From an uncultured delta proteobacterium (GTDB lineage: Bacteria; Desulfobacterota; Binatia; JACPRU01): DNA of 64,000 nt. Shown here in pieces: positions 9,302-19,191 of the stretch. Each line of letters opens with the position of its first letter. The first letter of the stretch is position 1. Below the pieces are notes generated by a model. It had not been told where the DNA came from. It ran no database searches and saw only the letters and a list, made by a program, of their open reading frames with translations. The DNA lies in the NCBI GenBank assembly GCA_963745025.1, contig CAVUWD010000016.1, positions 288,001-352,000 on the forward strand, written 5' to 3'. Position numbers and translations under genes: made by a program.

Positions 9302-9805
9302 ATGCTCAAACTAGGCGCTGAGTTCAAGATCGGAGAGAAGGTCGTCTATCCGGCTCACGGGGTCGGAGTCATCGAGAGCCTGCAAGTTCGGAACGTTTCC
9401 GGAACGCAGAAGAAATTCTACATGCTCCGCATCGTCGACAGCGACATGACCATCATGATCCCGACCGAGAACGTTCAGACGGTCGGTCTTCGCCGCATCA
9501 TCGGCAGAGACATGGTGAGCAAGGTCTACAAGATTTTGCGCGAAAAGAAGGTCGAGGTCGATCAGCAGACCTGGAACCGGCGCTACCGCGAGTACACCGA
9601 GAAGATCAAGACCGGGTCGGTGCTGGAGATCGCCAAGGTGTTGCGCGATCTGTTCGTGCTGAAGGCCGACAAGGAGCTGTCGTTCGGTGAGCGCAAGATG
9701 CTCGACACCGCGCGCAATCTCCTCGTGAAAGAGTTGGCCATCGCTCGCTCGTTCCCGGAGGAGAGGATCATGGAGGAGCTGAAGACGATTTTCGCCCGCC
9801 ACTAG
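9302..9805 (+). CDS. carD: CarD/CdnL family RNA polymerase-binding regulator
   Basis: FKIGEKVVYPAHGVG, WNRRYRE...KIKTG, LSFGERKML. Confidence 0.95.
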   Translation: MLKLGAEFKIGEKVVYPAHGVGVIESLQVRNVSGTQKKFYMLRIVDSDMTIMIPTENVQTVGLRRIIGRDMVSKVYKILREKKVEVDQQTWNRRYREYTEKIKTGSVLEIAKVLRDLFVLKADKELSFGERKMLDTARNLLVKELAIARSFPEERIMEELKTIFARH

Positions 9806-9826
9806 GCGAGCGCATGGTGTTCCAGC

Positions 9827-9870
9827 CAACGCGAGGGGCCGGGAGCGATCTCGACCCCTCGCGTTGTTTT
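9827..9870 (+). terminator. Rho-independent terminator after carD
   Basis: CAACGCGAGGGG...CCCCTCGCGTTG hairpin followed by TTTT. Confidence 0.8.
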
Positions 9871-9873
9871 GAG

Positions 9874-9928
9874 CGGCTATGGGAAAGACTCGGCGCGAAT
9901 TCTTTCCCGTAGACCGAAGCCTGTAGCC
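9874..9928. repeat. Heptamer-unit palindromic intergenic repeat, copy A
   Basis: CGGCTATGGGAAAGA...TCTTTCCCGTAGACCGAAGCCTGTAGCC. Confidence 0.6.
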
Positions 9929-9932
9929 TTCT

Positions 9933-11225
9933 TCACACGTACCGCATCTCGACGAAGCGACCGCGCAGCCGATTCACCGCCGCTTTGACCACTTTGCCTC
10001 GGATGGCATCGGCGATCAGCGTCGCGAGCTCGCCCATCTCGATCGGCGTCATGCCGAACCGCGTCATCTCCTGTACGCCGACCCGCAGCCCGGAAGGGTT
10101 TCTCGGATCCTGATCGCCGGGGAGCATGTTGTAGTTGACAATGATGTCCTGACTCTCGAGCCGCGCGGCGACCTCGACGCCACCGCCGAAGCTCGCAACG
10201 TTCACCGCGATCTGATGGCTGCGAGTGAAGCCGGAGTCCTTGGCCTCGACCGGGATGCCTTGATCGAAGAGCGCGCGACCGAGCGCTTGCGCGTTGCGGA
10301 CCACCTGCGCAACGTACGCGTGGCCATGCGCTTTCATTTCCCGCGTTGCCACGAGTAGCCCAGCAAGCGAGTGCAGGTGGTGATTGCTCGACGAGCCCGG
10401 AAAGACTCCGCGATCGGCAGGCCCCCAATACGTCTCGGCTTCGGACTCATCGAGGTTTGCGAGAATTACGCCGCGCTGTGGACCCGGAAACGTCTTGTGG
10501 GTGCTGCCCGTCAGATACGTCGCCCCTTCGCGGAGTGGGTCCTGGAACCCGCCGCCGGCGATCAATCCAAGAACGTGCGCGCCGTCGAACAGAATGGGGA
10601 TCTTTCGCTCGCGACAGACGGGCGCGAGCTGGGCGAGCGGCTCGGGAAAGAGGAAGAGACTCTTGCCGAGCACGACGAGCTGAGGTCGGATGCGATCGAT
10701 CATCTCGACCGCTCCTTTCTCATCCATGTGATACTTGTCGGCGGCGAGCGGGAAGAAATGGAGCCGAACCGAGTTTTCGCGTCCCGGAGCGAGCGTCTGC
10801 CCGCGTATCTGAATCCGTCTGCCGAAGACGCCGACGAGATTGTGGCTGATGTGCCCGCCCGCATCCGTGGAATTGACGATCACGCTGTCGCCGCCACGCA
10901 ACCAGCCGAGAGCGATCGCGGTATTCGCGGCGTTGCCGCTGATCGGGCGAACGTCGGCCTGGCGGCATCGAAACAGCTCCAGGATCTCCCGGCGCGCCTT
11001 GCGTTCGATCTCGTCGACGAACCGCGTGCCTTGATAGTAGCGGTTGATCCGTCCTTCTTCGTTCGGGTGGCCCTCCGCGTAGCGGGCCATGAAGTCGGAG
11101 TTTTGAACGTCGCGGACCGCGCGGCTCTGCGCGTTCTCACTGGCGATCAGGTTGATCGTTTCTCGGCCGCGCCACTGTTCCTGGCGCTGGACGAGATCTT
11201 CGATGTCGCGGATGTCGACGGGCAT
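9933..11225 (-). CDS. glyA: Serine hydroxymethyltransferase, archaeal-type
   Basis: LIASEN, YAEG, RYYQG, GGHISH, GSTHKTFPGPQRG, VFPG...SNHHLH. Confidence 0.92.
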   Translation of the reverse strand: MPVDIRDIEDLVQRQEQWRGRETINLIASENAQSRAVRDVQNSDFMARYAEGHPNEEGRINRYYQGTRFVDEIERKARREILELFRCRQADVRPISGNAANTAIALGWLRGGDSVIVNSTDAGGHISHNLVGVFGRRIQIRGQTLAPGRENSVRLHFFPLAADKYHMDEKGAVEMIDRIRPQLVVLGKSLFLFPEPLAQLAPVCRERKIPILFDGAHVLGLIAGGGFQDPLREGATYLTGSTHKTFPGPQRGVILANLDESEAETYWGPADRGVFPGSSSNHHLHSLAGLLVATREMKAHGHAYVAQVVRNAQALGRALFDQGIPVEAKDSGFTRSHQIAVNVASFGGGVEVAARLESQDIIVNYNMLPGDQDPRNPSGLRVGVQEMTRFGMTPIEMGELATLIADAIRGKVVKAAVNRLRGRFVEMRYV

Positions 11226-11420
11226 GGGAACGCTCCTCCGGAAAGAGCGCGTGTCTATCACCGCCGCAGTGTTGCTCCAAGTCCGTGCGTCGCGGCGAGG
11301 ATCGAAGGGGCCGCGATCGAGGGTCCGCGGCCACTTGAAACGAATCGAAGGCGCTGCCGGCTCGGCTCAACTCAGGCCATGGCAGATTCCTCCCGCGGCA
11401 GAATCTCTAGGAAAAGCGGC

Positions 11421-11480
11421 GGCTACACGCTACGGGCTATCGGAGAGGTATCGCAAAGTCCTTGCCGGTAGCCGGTAGCC
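11421..11480. repeat. Heptamer-unit palindromic intergenic repeat, copy B
   Basis: GGCTACA CGCTACG GGCTATC GG...CCGGTAG CCGGTAG CC. Confidence 0.65.
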
Positions 11481-11485
11481 TTCCT

Positions 11486-12229
11486 ATGGACAGCCTGACT
11501 TCCAGCCTTCTCCTCGGCGTCGCCGCCGGCTCGGCCAACGTGCTCGGAGGGCTGATGGTGGTGGCCCGCCGCGACCCGTGGGATCCACGGATCCTGCACG
11601 GCTTCGTGGCCTTGGGAGCGGGCTTCATGCTGGCGGCGGCATTGTTGCGCATGGGTCCGGAAGCAGCCGGGCTCACCCGCGCGGCTCCCCTATTGATCCT
11701 CGCCGGCTACCTGCTCGTTCATCTGTTCGAGCATACGATCGCGCCGCATTTTCACTTTGGCGAAGAGACGCACCCGCATCTCGTCGTCGGCTCCTCGATA
11801 TGGGCGTCGGCATTGATGGGCCTAGTCGTTCACAGCCTCTTCGACGGCATCTCGATCGCCTCGGGCTTTCTGGTGAGGCCCGCGCTCGGCCTGCTGGTGT
11901 TCGCCGCCATCATCCTGCACAAGGCACCGGAGGGCTTCGCGATCGCCTCGGTGATGGTGGCCGCGGGCGTTCGCCGCGGTGGTGCGCTCGCTTCCACGCT
12001 TGCGGTCGGGCTTGCGAGCGTTGCGGGCGTGCTGGCCGCACAGGCGCTCGCAGGCTACGTCGGAGCGGCGCTCGCGCTCTCGACCGGTGTAACCCTCTAC
12101 GTGGCCGCCTCCGATCTCATCCCGGAGGTCAACAAGGAAGAGGGGGCGATCATGGCCTTGCTCGTCTTCGCCGGCGTCGCGCTGTTCTACGGAAGCGAGG
12201 TCTGCCTCTTGGCGCTCGGCCTCTCTTAG
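11486..12229 (+). CDS. ZIP family divalent metal transporter
   Basis: HSLFDG and HKAPEG metal-site motifs, His-rich loop HFHFGEETH, YVAASDLIPE. Confidence 0.92.
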   Translation: MDSLTSSLLLGVAAGSANVLGGLMVVARRDPWDPRILHGFVALGAGFMLAAALLRMGPEAAGLTRAAPLLILAGYLLVHLFEHTIAPHFHFGEETHPHLVVGSSIWASALMGLVVHSLFDGISIASGFLVRPALGLLVFAAIILHKAPEGFAIASVMVAAGVRRGGALASTLAVGLASVAGVLAAQALAGYVGAALALSTGVTLYVAASDLIPEVNKEEGAIMALLVFAGVALFYGSEVCLLALGLS

Positions 12230-12503
12230 GGACTTCTGACCCGGCACACTGGATTGGCGCCGGCTCGCTTTTTCACCAGCTGCTGTGTAAGAAAAATCAT
12301 CAACATCGAGGACACAGGCGTGGATCTGGCAGCAAAACAGCGGTCTCAGTGGCGCGAAGGCGCTGGTTATTTTCGGTCGCAGGGGCGAAGCGCGTTCGGG
12401 CGGCTTCAAGGAAAGCGGCATCGGGAGTGGGGGGGAGTGTGGGGAATGGACGAGTACGCCGAGGTCCAGACGATCACTTGAACCTCGTGAGCAGGACCGC
12501 ACG

Positions 12504-14318
12504 ATGAGCGAGACGGTACAGCCGCAGGCGACCGGTGAAGGGTCCGGCGAGCGCTTCGGCGACTACGTTCTGCTCCAGAAGATCGCGCAGGGCGGAATGG
12601 CGGAGGTGTTTCTCGCCAAGCGCCGGGGCGTCGAGGGCTTCGAAAAGACCGTCGCCATCAAGCGTATTCTTCCCGAGCTCTCGTGGAACCGCGAGTTCGT
12701 CTCGATGTTCATCAACGAGGCGAAGATCGCCGCGCGGCTCTCGCATCCGAACATCGTACAGATTTTCGATTTCGGAAAGATCGACACCTACCATTTCATC
12801 GCCATGGAGTACGTGCACGGCGAGAACCTGCGCACGATTCTCCAGCGCGCGGAGCAGAAGAAGATTCCGATCTCGCCGGAGATCGCAGCCCTCATCGCGG
12901 CGAGAGCTTGTGCAGGGCTCGAGCACGCGCATCGCAAGAGTGACGAGAGCGGCAAGCCGCTGCGCATCGTTCACCGCGACGTGAGCCCGCAGAACGTCCT
13001 CGTGTCCTACGACGGCGACGTCAAGGTCGTCGACTTCGGCATCGCCAAGGCGGTCGCCGAGAATCCCGAGGTGACGCGCGGCGTGTTGAAGGGAAAGCTC
13101 GCGTATTTGTCACCCGAACAGGTGAGCGGCCGGAACCTCGATGCACGCAGCGACATCTTCGCGATGGGGCTCGTGCTCTACGAGCTCTTGGTGGGGAAGA
13201 AGCTCTTCGATCAGCAAGACCCGGCGGACGTTCTGGATTCGATCACGAAGATCGACGCGAACGAGGTCTCTCGTTCGGTTCCGGGCCTCGATCGCGGGCT
13301 GCGCGACGTGCTGCGGCGCGCGCTCGGCGTGGACCCCGAGCAGCGGTTCCGCACCGCCGGCGAGATGCAGATGGCGCTCGACGAGTACCTGCGCGCACGG
13401 GGGGATCCGGGCGGTGCCACGCAGCTCACGAGCCTCATGCGCCTGCTCTTCGACGAGAAGATCGGCGAGCGCACGATGCAAAGCCTGCGCTCCCAGGTAC
13501 TGGGGAAGAGCGCTCGAACGAGCCGATCGACGGTACGCGCGGGATCGCCCCTGCGCTTCGTCGCGGCGGTTGGGGGCGCCGCGCTCGGCATCATCTCGCT
13601 GCTGATCGCCGCTCCTGCGCTGCGGGCGTCGCCTGCGCGGCATGCACCCGAGGAGCCGACGACGCGGCGAGCTCCCGCTCCACCCGTCAGCGACGAAAGG
13701 CTACCGAGCCCGACCGCCGCTCCGGCGATCGTAAAGAGCGCCGACGGCTCGGCCGATCTCGAGCGCGCCAACGCCGCTCTCGCGGCCAATCAGCCAGCGG
13801 CTGCAGTGGCCGCGTTCGAGAAGGCGTTTGCCGCTTCGCCGGAACTCCGTGAGAAGCATGCATCGAATTATGCCAAGGCGTTGACGGAACAGGGGAAAAG
13901 CCTATTCGAGAGCGATTTGGACGCCGCCGCACTGCGTTTCAACGCCGCGGTAGCGGCAAATCCCGAGTCCTTCGACGCACATTTCTTTCTCGCCAAGATC
14001 TACACGCGCAAGTCGGAACCCGGGGCGGCGCTGCGCGAGTACCAGGAAGCCATCCGCATCAACCCCAAATCGGCCGACGCCCAGTTCAATCTCGGCTTCG
14101 TGTATTTTTCCGAACGGCGTTACGAGGACGCGCGCCGGCAGTACGAGAAGGTTGTCGATCTCAAGCCGCCGTACCTGGCCGATGTCTTTTACAACCTCTC
14201 GGCCTGCTACGAGCAGATGAAGAGAAAGCCCGAGGCGGTGGCGACGCTTCGCCGCGGGCTCGAAGCGGTTCCGACCAGCGACCTTCTGCGCCAGCGCCTG
14301 AAGCAGCTCGGAGGTTGA
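12504..14318 (+). CDS. Membrane-anchored Hanks-type Ser/Thr kinase with C-terminal TPR repeats
   Basis: GGMAEV, VAIK, HRDVSPQN, DFG, SPEQ; one TM segment, Pro-rich linker, TPR motifs. Confidence 0.93.
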   Translation: MSETVQPQATGEGSGERFGDYVLLQKIAQGGMAEVFLAKRRGVEGFEKTVAIKRILPELSWNREFVSMFINEAKIAARLSHPNIVQIFDFGKIDTYHFIAMEYVHGENLRTILQRAEQKKIPISPEIAALIAARACAGLEHAHRKSDESGKPLRIVHRDVSPQNVLVSYDGDVKVVDFGIAKAVAENPEVTRGVLKGKLAYLSPEQVSGRNLDARSDIFAMGLVLYELLVGKKLFDQQDPADVLDSITKIDANEVSRSVPGLDRGLRDVLRRALGVDPEQRFRTAGEMQMALDEYLRARGDPGGATQLTSLMRLLFDEKIGERTMQSLRSQVLGKSARTSRSTVRAGSPLRFVAAVGGAALGIISLLIAAPALRASPARHAPEEPTTRRAPAPPVSDERLPSPTAAPAIVKSADGSADLERANAALAANQPAAAVAAFEKAFAASPELREKHASNYAKALTEQGKSLFESDLDAAALRFNAAVAANPESFDAHFFLAKIYTRKSEPGAALREYQEAIRINPKSADAQFNLGFVYFSERRYEDARRQYEKVVDLKPPYLADVFYNLSACYEQMKRKPEAVATLRRGLEAVPTSDLLRQRLKQLGG

Positions 14319-14320
14319 GG

Positions 14321-14785
14321 ATGAGACGCTCCTTGGCGAAATCGCTGCTCGCTGCCCTGCTGCTCGTGGGCTGCAGCACGTCCACGCAACAAGCGCCGAG
14401 CGACACGTCGCAGACGTACGTGAGCGCTCCTGTGGAAGCGCCGCCAATGCCGACGTTCTTCGTCTACGTCGTGAAGTTTCGCGGTGAGACGCTCGGGCGG
14501 ATCGCCGAGTGGTACACCGGTAGCTACGACAACTGGAGGAAGATCGCCCGCGTCAACAGCGATCTGTCGGTACCGAACGCTCGGTTGAAGATCGGCAGGG
14601 AAGTGAAGATCCCGACCGAGATCGTCGTTCGACAGGATCCGCTTCCCGAGCCGAAGCCAAAGCGCGCCACGACCGCTCGCAGGGAAGCGAAGCCGTCCGC
14701 CGAAGTGGAAGCTCCCACCGCACCGCAAGAGGCGCCTGAACCCGCGGAGGCACCCGCGCTCCCTCCCGTGATCGGTCCCCGGTAG
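14321..14785 (+). CDS. LysM-domain lipoprotein
   Basis: Lipobox LVGC; YVVKFRGETLGRIAEWY...IARVN...LKIGREVKIP. Confidence 0.85.
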   Translation: MRRSLAKSLLAALLLVGCSTSTQQAPSDTSQTYVSAPVEAPPMPTFFVYVVKFRGETLGRIAEWYTGSYDNWRKIARVNSDLSVPNARLKIGREVKIPTEIVVRQDPLPEPKPKRATTARREAKPSAEVEAPTAPQEAPEPAEAPALPPVIGPR

Positions 14786-14825
14786 AAGGCTCCGGAAGAC
14801 GGGCGCCGCTCCCACTTTCCGGCGG

Positions 14826-17800
14826 TTACGGCGTCCCCCTTCCTCTCCGCCGCTCGCTCCAGCTCTGGAAAACCACGTAGAACACGGGGACGAACAGCAC
14901 GGCGAGAAGGGTCGAGGTGATCATGCCGCCGAACACCGCGGTGCCGAGCGCACGGCGGCTCGCGGCGCCAGCGCCGGAAGCGATCACCAGGGGGTAGACG
15001 CCCAGGATGAAGGCGAACGACGTCATCAGGATGGGTCGGAAGCGCAGGCGCGCCGCCTCGACCGCGGCCTCGGTGATCGGCTTGCCGGCGGCTCGCGCGC
15101 TGCGCGCGAACTCCACGATCAGGATGGCGTTCTTGCTCGCCAGAGCGATCAGCAGGACGACGCCGATCTGCGTGTAGACGTTGTTGTCCATGCCTCGCAC
15201 GGCAACCGCGATCACGGTGCCGAGGAGGGCGAGGGGCACGACGAGGACCACGGCGCGGGATTGAACCAGCTCTCGTACTGGGCCGCCAGGACGAGGTAGA
15301 CGAGCAGCACCGCCAGCCCGAAGACCAGAAACGCCTCCCTTCCCGCCTTCTTCTCCTGGTACGACATGGCGGTCCATTCGTAGCCCATCGCGGCCGGCAG
15401 CTTCGCTGCTGCCATCTGCTCCATGAGGGAGAGTGCCTGGCCGGAGCTGTAACCCGGGCGCCGACTCGCCGGTGATCGCCGCTGACGGGTAGAGGTTGTA
15501 GCGAGTGATGATCTGCGGCCGAGCTTGCGCTGCACATCGACGAGCGTCCCGAGCGGCACCATCTGTCCCGCGGGGTTGCGCACCTCGAGGCTGCTTGATG
15601 TCGTCCGGCGTAACGCCGAAACGCCGGCTCGGCCTGGATGCGCACCTGATAGGTCCGGCCGAAGAGGTTGAAGTCGTTCACGTAGGCCGAGCCGAGGTAC
15701 GCCTGCAGGCGTGTCGAAGATGCTCGAGAGCGGGATGCCGAGCGTCTTCACCTTCGTGCGATCGACGTCGACGAAGACCTGCGGCACGGCCGCTCGGAAC
15801 GTCGAGTTGAGCGCGGTCAGGCCGGACTGGGAGTTGCCGTCCTGCACCATCTCCTGCGTGACCTTCTCCAGCGTCGTCAGGCCGACGTCCCCGCGGTCCT
15901 CGATCTGCATCTGAAAGCCGCCCGCCACCCCGAGGCCGCGGATGGCCGGCGGCGGGAAGACGAACGTGATGCCGTCCTGGATCTCCGCGAAGCGCCGTCG
16001 CAGGTCGTCGAGAATGACGCTCTTGGCTGAGCTGGCTCACCGCGCTCCTCCCAGGGCTTGAAGACGACGAAGAACGTGCCGGCATTCGCGGCGACCGTAC
16101 CATCGAGGATCGAGCGGCCTCCCCACGAGTTCCAGTCGGCGACGCCCGGCGTGGACTCGACGATCCGGTTCATCTTCTCGATCGACGAGCGCGGTCCGCG
16201 ACAGCGAGGCCGCGTCGGGCAGCTGGATGCCGCTGATCACGTAGCCCTGGTCCTCGGTCGGCAGGAAACCCGTCGGCAGAGATGTGAAGCCCCACAGGGT
16301 CACCGCGATCAGCGCGCCGAAGGCGAACATCATCGCCGTCGTTCTTCGCACCATCCAGGCCACGAGACCGATGTAGGCGCGCTCCACCCGCGCGTAGAGC
16401 GCGTTGAATGCGCGGAAGAAGGCGTTGCGTGCTCCGGGCTGTGCCGCAGCTAGGCGGCGCACTGCGCCGGCTTCAGCGTCAGGGCGTTGATCGCGCTGAT
16501 GAGCCGCGGTGACCGCGATCGTCAGGGCGAACTGCCGGTAGAGCTGACCGGTGATGCCGCCGAGGAACGCGCGTCGGCAGGAACACCGCCATCAGCACGA
16601 GCGTGATGCCGATGATCGGCCCGGTCACCTCGTCCATCGCCTTGATCGTCGCCTCGCGCGGGCCGACGGCGCTCGGCGTCGATGTGATGCGCCGCGTTCT
16701 CGACGATCACGATCGCGTCGTCGACGACGATGCCGATCGCCAGCACCAGGCCGAACAGCGTGAGCAGGTTCACGGAGAAGCCGAACGAGCGCCATGCCCG
16801 GCGAAGCGCGCCGATGATCGTCACGGGCACGGTCGTGGCCGGCACCAGCACCGCGCGCCAGTCCTGCAGGAAGAGCAGGATCACGATCAGCACGAGCACG
16901 CCGGCCTCGATGAGCGTCTTGTAGACCTCGCGGATCGCCTGGCGGACGAACTTGCGTCGTGTCGAAGGGGATCTCGTAGATCGATGCCCTGCGGGAAACG
17001 AGGGCTTCAGCTGCTCCATCGCCGCGCGCACCTGGTCGGCCACGTCGAGCGCGTTGGCGCCCGGGAGCTGAAAGACGGCGATGCCGGCGCGCCGGCTTGC
17101 CGTTCTTCTGGAAGAACTGATCGTAGACCTGGCCGCCGAGCTCGACGCGGGCCACGTCGCGGAGCCGCGTGATGCGGCTGCCCTCGCGTCTTGACGATGA
17201 TGTCCTCGAACTGCGCGACGTCGGTCAGCCGGCCGAGCGTCGTGACCGTGAACTGGAAGTTCTGCGTCGGGGGCGCGGGCGGCTGGCCGATCTGCCCGGC
17301 GGCGACCTGCACGTTCTGCTCGCGGATCGCGTCGATCACGTCCTGCGTCGTCAGGCCGCGCGCCTTGAGCTGCTGCGGGTCGAGCCAGACCCGCATGCTG
17401 TAGTCGCCGGCGCCGAAGACGTTGACGTCGCCGACGCCGTCGATGCGGGCCAGCTCGTCGCGGATGCGCAGGGTCGCGTAGTTGGCGAGGAAGAGGCTGT
17501 CGTAGCGGCCGTCGGGCGAGGTCAGCGCGACGACGAGGATGATGTTGGTCGACTGCTTCTTGACGGTGACCCCCTGCCGCTGCACGTCCTCCGGCAGCAG
17601 CGGCTTGCGCGATGCGCCACGCGGTTCTGCACGAGCACCTGGGCGATGTCGAGGTTCGGTGCCGACCTCGAAGGTCACGGTCAGCCCGTAGGAGCCGTCG
17701 CTCGAGCAGGTCGACGACATGTAGAGCATGTCCTCGACGCCGTTCACCTGCTGCTCGATCGGCGCGGCGACCGTGTCGGCACACGACCTGGGCGTTGGCG

Positions 17801-17955
17801 CCCGGATAGGTGGTCGAGACCTGCACGGTCGGCGGCGTGATCTGCGGGTACTGCTCGACCGGCAGCCAGCGGAGCGTCACCAGGCCGAAGACCATCGTCA
17901 CGATGGCGATGACGTTGGCGAAGATCGGCCGGTCGATGAAGAAGCGCGAGATCAT
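14826..17955 (-). pseudogene. HAE1-family RND efflux permease with many frameshifts (pseudogene or assembly error)
   Basis: MISRFFIDRPIFA, AIGIVVDDAIVIVEN, LASKNAILIVEFA, RFRPILMTSFAF scattered over several frames. Confidence 0.9.
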
Positions 17956-19175
17956 GCGGGCGGTGGAGTCGGCGAGGCGGCGTCAGCCGCCGGCGTCGCC
18001 GGCGGCGCCTTCGTCTCGATGCGCAGCGGCTTCACGGCGCTGCCCGGCCGGGCACGCTGCAACCCGTCGACCACCACCCACTCCGCGGGCGTCACGCCGT
18101 CCTGGATCACCCGCAGATCGCCTTCCGTGAGCGGTCCGACGTGGACGCGGCGGTACTGGACGGTGTTCTGGGCGTCGACAAGCAGCAGGTAGGATCCGCC
18201 TTGGTCCGCCTGTACGGCGACGTCGGGCACCAGCACCGCCTGCCCGCGCGTGTAGGGCACGCGTACGCGCGCGAAGAGCCCGGCCAGGATCACGTGATTC
18301 GGATTCGGAAACACGGCTCGAACCTCGATGGTGCCGGTATCGGGATCGACCCTGTTGCCCGCGTAGTCGACCTTCCCGGCGTGCGGGAAGCCAGTCTCGG
18401 TGGCGAGGCCGAGAAAACTCTTCCATCCCGACCTTGGCGCGGCCACGTTGTCCTGGCCCTCGGGTGCGACCGTGCGCCCCTGCCGCTGTAGCTCCAGGGC
18501 CTGCAGGAGCTGGCGCTCGCTCACGGTGAAGTACACGTAGACCGAATCGTCGTGGACGATCGAGGCGAGCAGCGTCGCCTGGCCGCTGCCGACGAGATTG
18601 CCGACGTCGACGAAGTTGCGGTCGATGCGCCCGTCGATCGGCGCGAAGATGTGGGTGTAGGAGAGATCGAGCTTGGCGGCTTGGAGGTTTGCCTGCGCCA
18701 TCGCCAGCTGCGCCTTGGCGAGATCCCGGGCTTGGGTCTTCTGCACGAGATCGGTGCGGCTTCCGGCCGAGCCCTTGATGATCGCTTCGGTGATCTCGAG
18801 CTGCGCCTGCGCCGCCCGGTACTGCGCTTCCTTGCCTTCGAGGTCCGCTTGCGCCTGATCGGCCCGAGCCTGGTAGAGCGAGGGCTCGATGATGAAGAGC
18901 AGGTCGCCCTTCTTGACGTTCTCTCCCGGTTTGAAGTTGACGCTCTGCAGGTAGCCCTGAACGCGAGCGCGGATGTCGACGGCTTCGACCGCCGCGGTAT
19001 AACCGGTGAATTCGTTGTAGGTAGTGATCTCTTGCGCGATCGGCTGGCTGACGGTCACCTCGGGGGGCGGTGGTGGCACGTAGCGGTTGCGGCCGCACGC
19101 GCCGAGAACGACTGCCGCGAGACCGACCGCGAGAACACGGCTCCTCGCCACCGACGTGGGCTTCCCGTGGTTCAT
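17952..19175 (-). CDS. RND efflux periplasmic adaptor (membrane fusion protein)
   Basis: Lipobox LGAC, VDIRARVQG, APIDGRI, VDPDTGT; stop overlaps the permease start. Confidence 0.93.
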   Translation of the reverse strand: MNHGKPTSVARSRVLAVGLAAVVLGACGRNRYVPPPPPEVTVSQPIAQEITTYNEFTGYTAAVEAVDIRARVQGYLQSVNFKPGENVKKGDLLFIIEPSLYQARADQAQADLEGKEAQYRAAQAQLEITEAIIKGSAGSRTDLVQKTQARDLAKAQLAMAQANLQAAKLDLSYTHIFAPIDGRIDRNFVDVGNLVGSGQATLLASIVHDDSVYVYFTVSERQLLQALELQRQGRTVAPEGQDNVAAPRSGWKSFLGLATETGFPHAGKVDYAGNRVDPDTGTIEVRAVFPNPNHVILAGLFARVRVPYTRGQAVLVPDVAVQADQGGSYLLLVDAQNTVQYRRVHVGPLTEGDLRVIQDGVTPAEWVVVDGLQRARPGSAVKPLRIETKAPPATPAADAASPTPPPA

Positions 19176-19191
19176 GAATTGCTCCGCCGAG

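Noticed and set aside
11226-11420. ZTP or glycine riboswitch upstream of glyA
   Set aside because: Conserved aptamer motifs not recognisable
12254-12481. Small ORF upstream of the kinase
   Set aside because: No RBS or motif; composition looks intergenic
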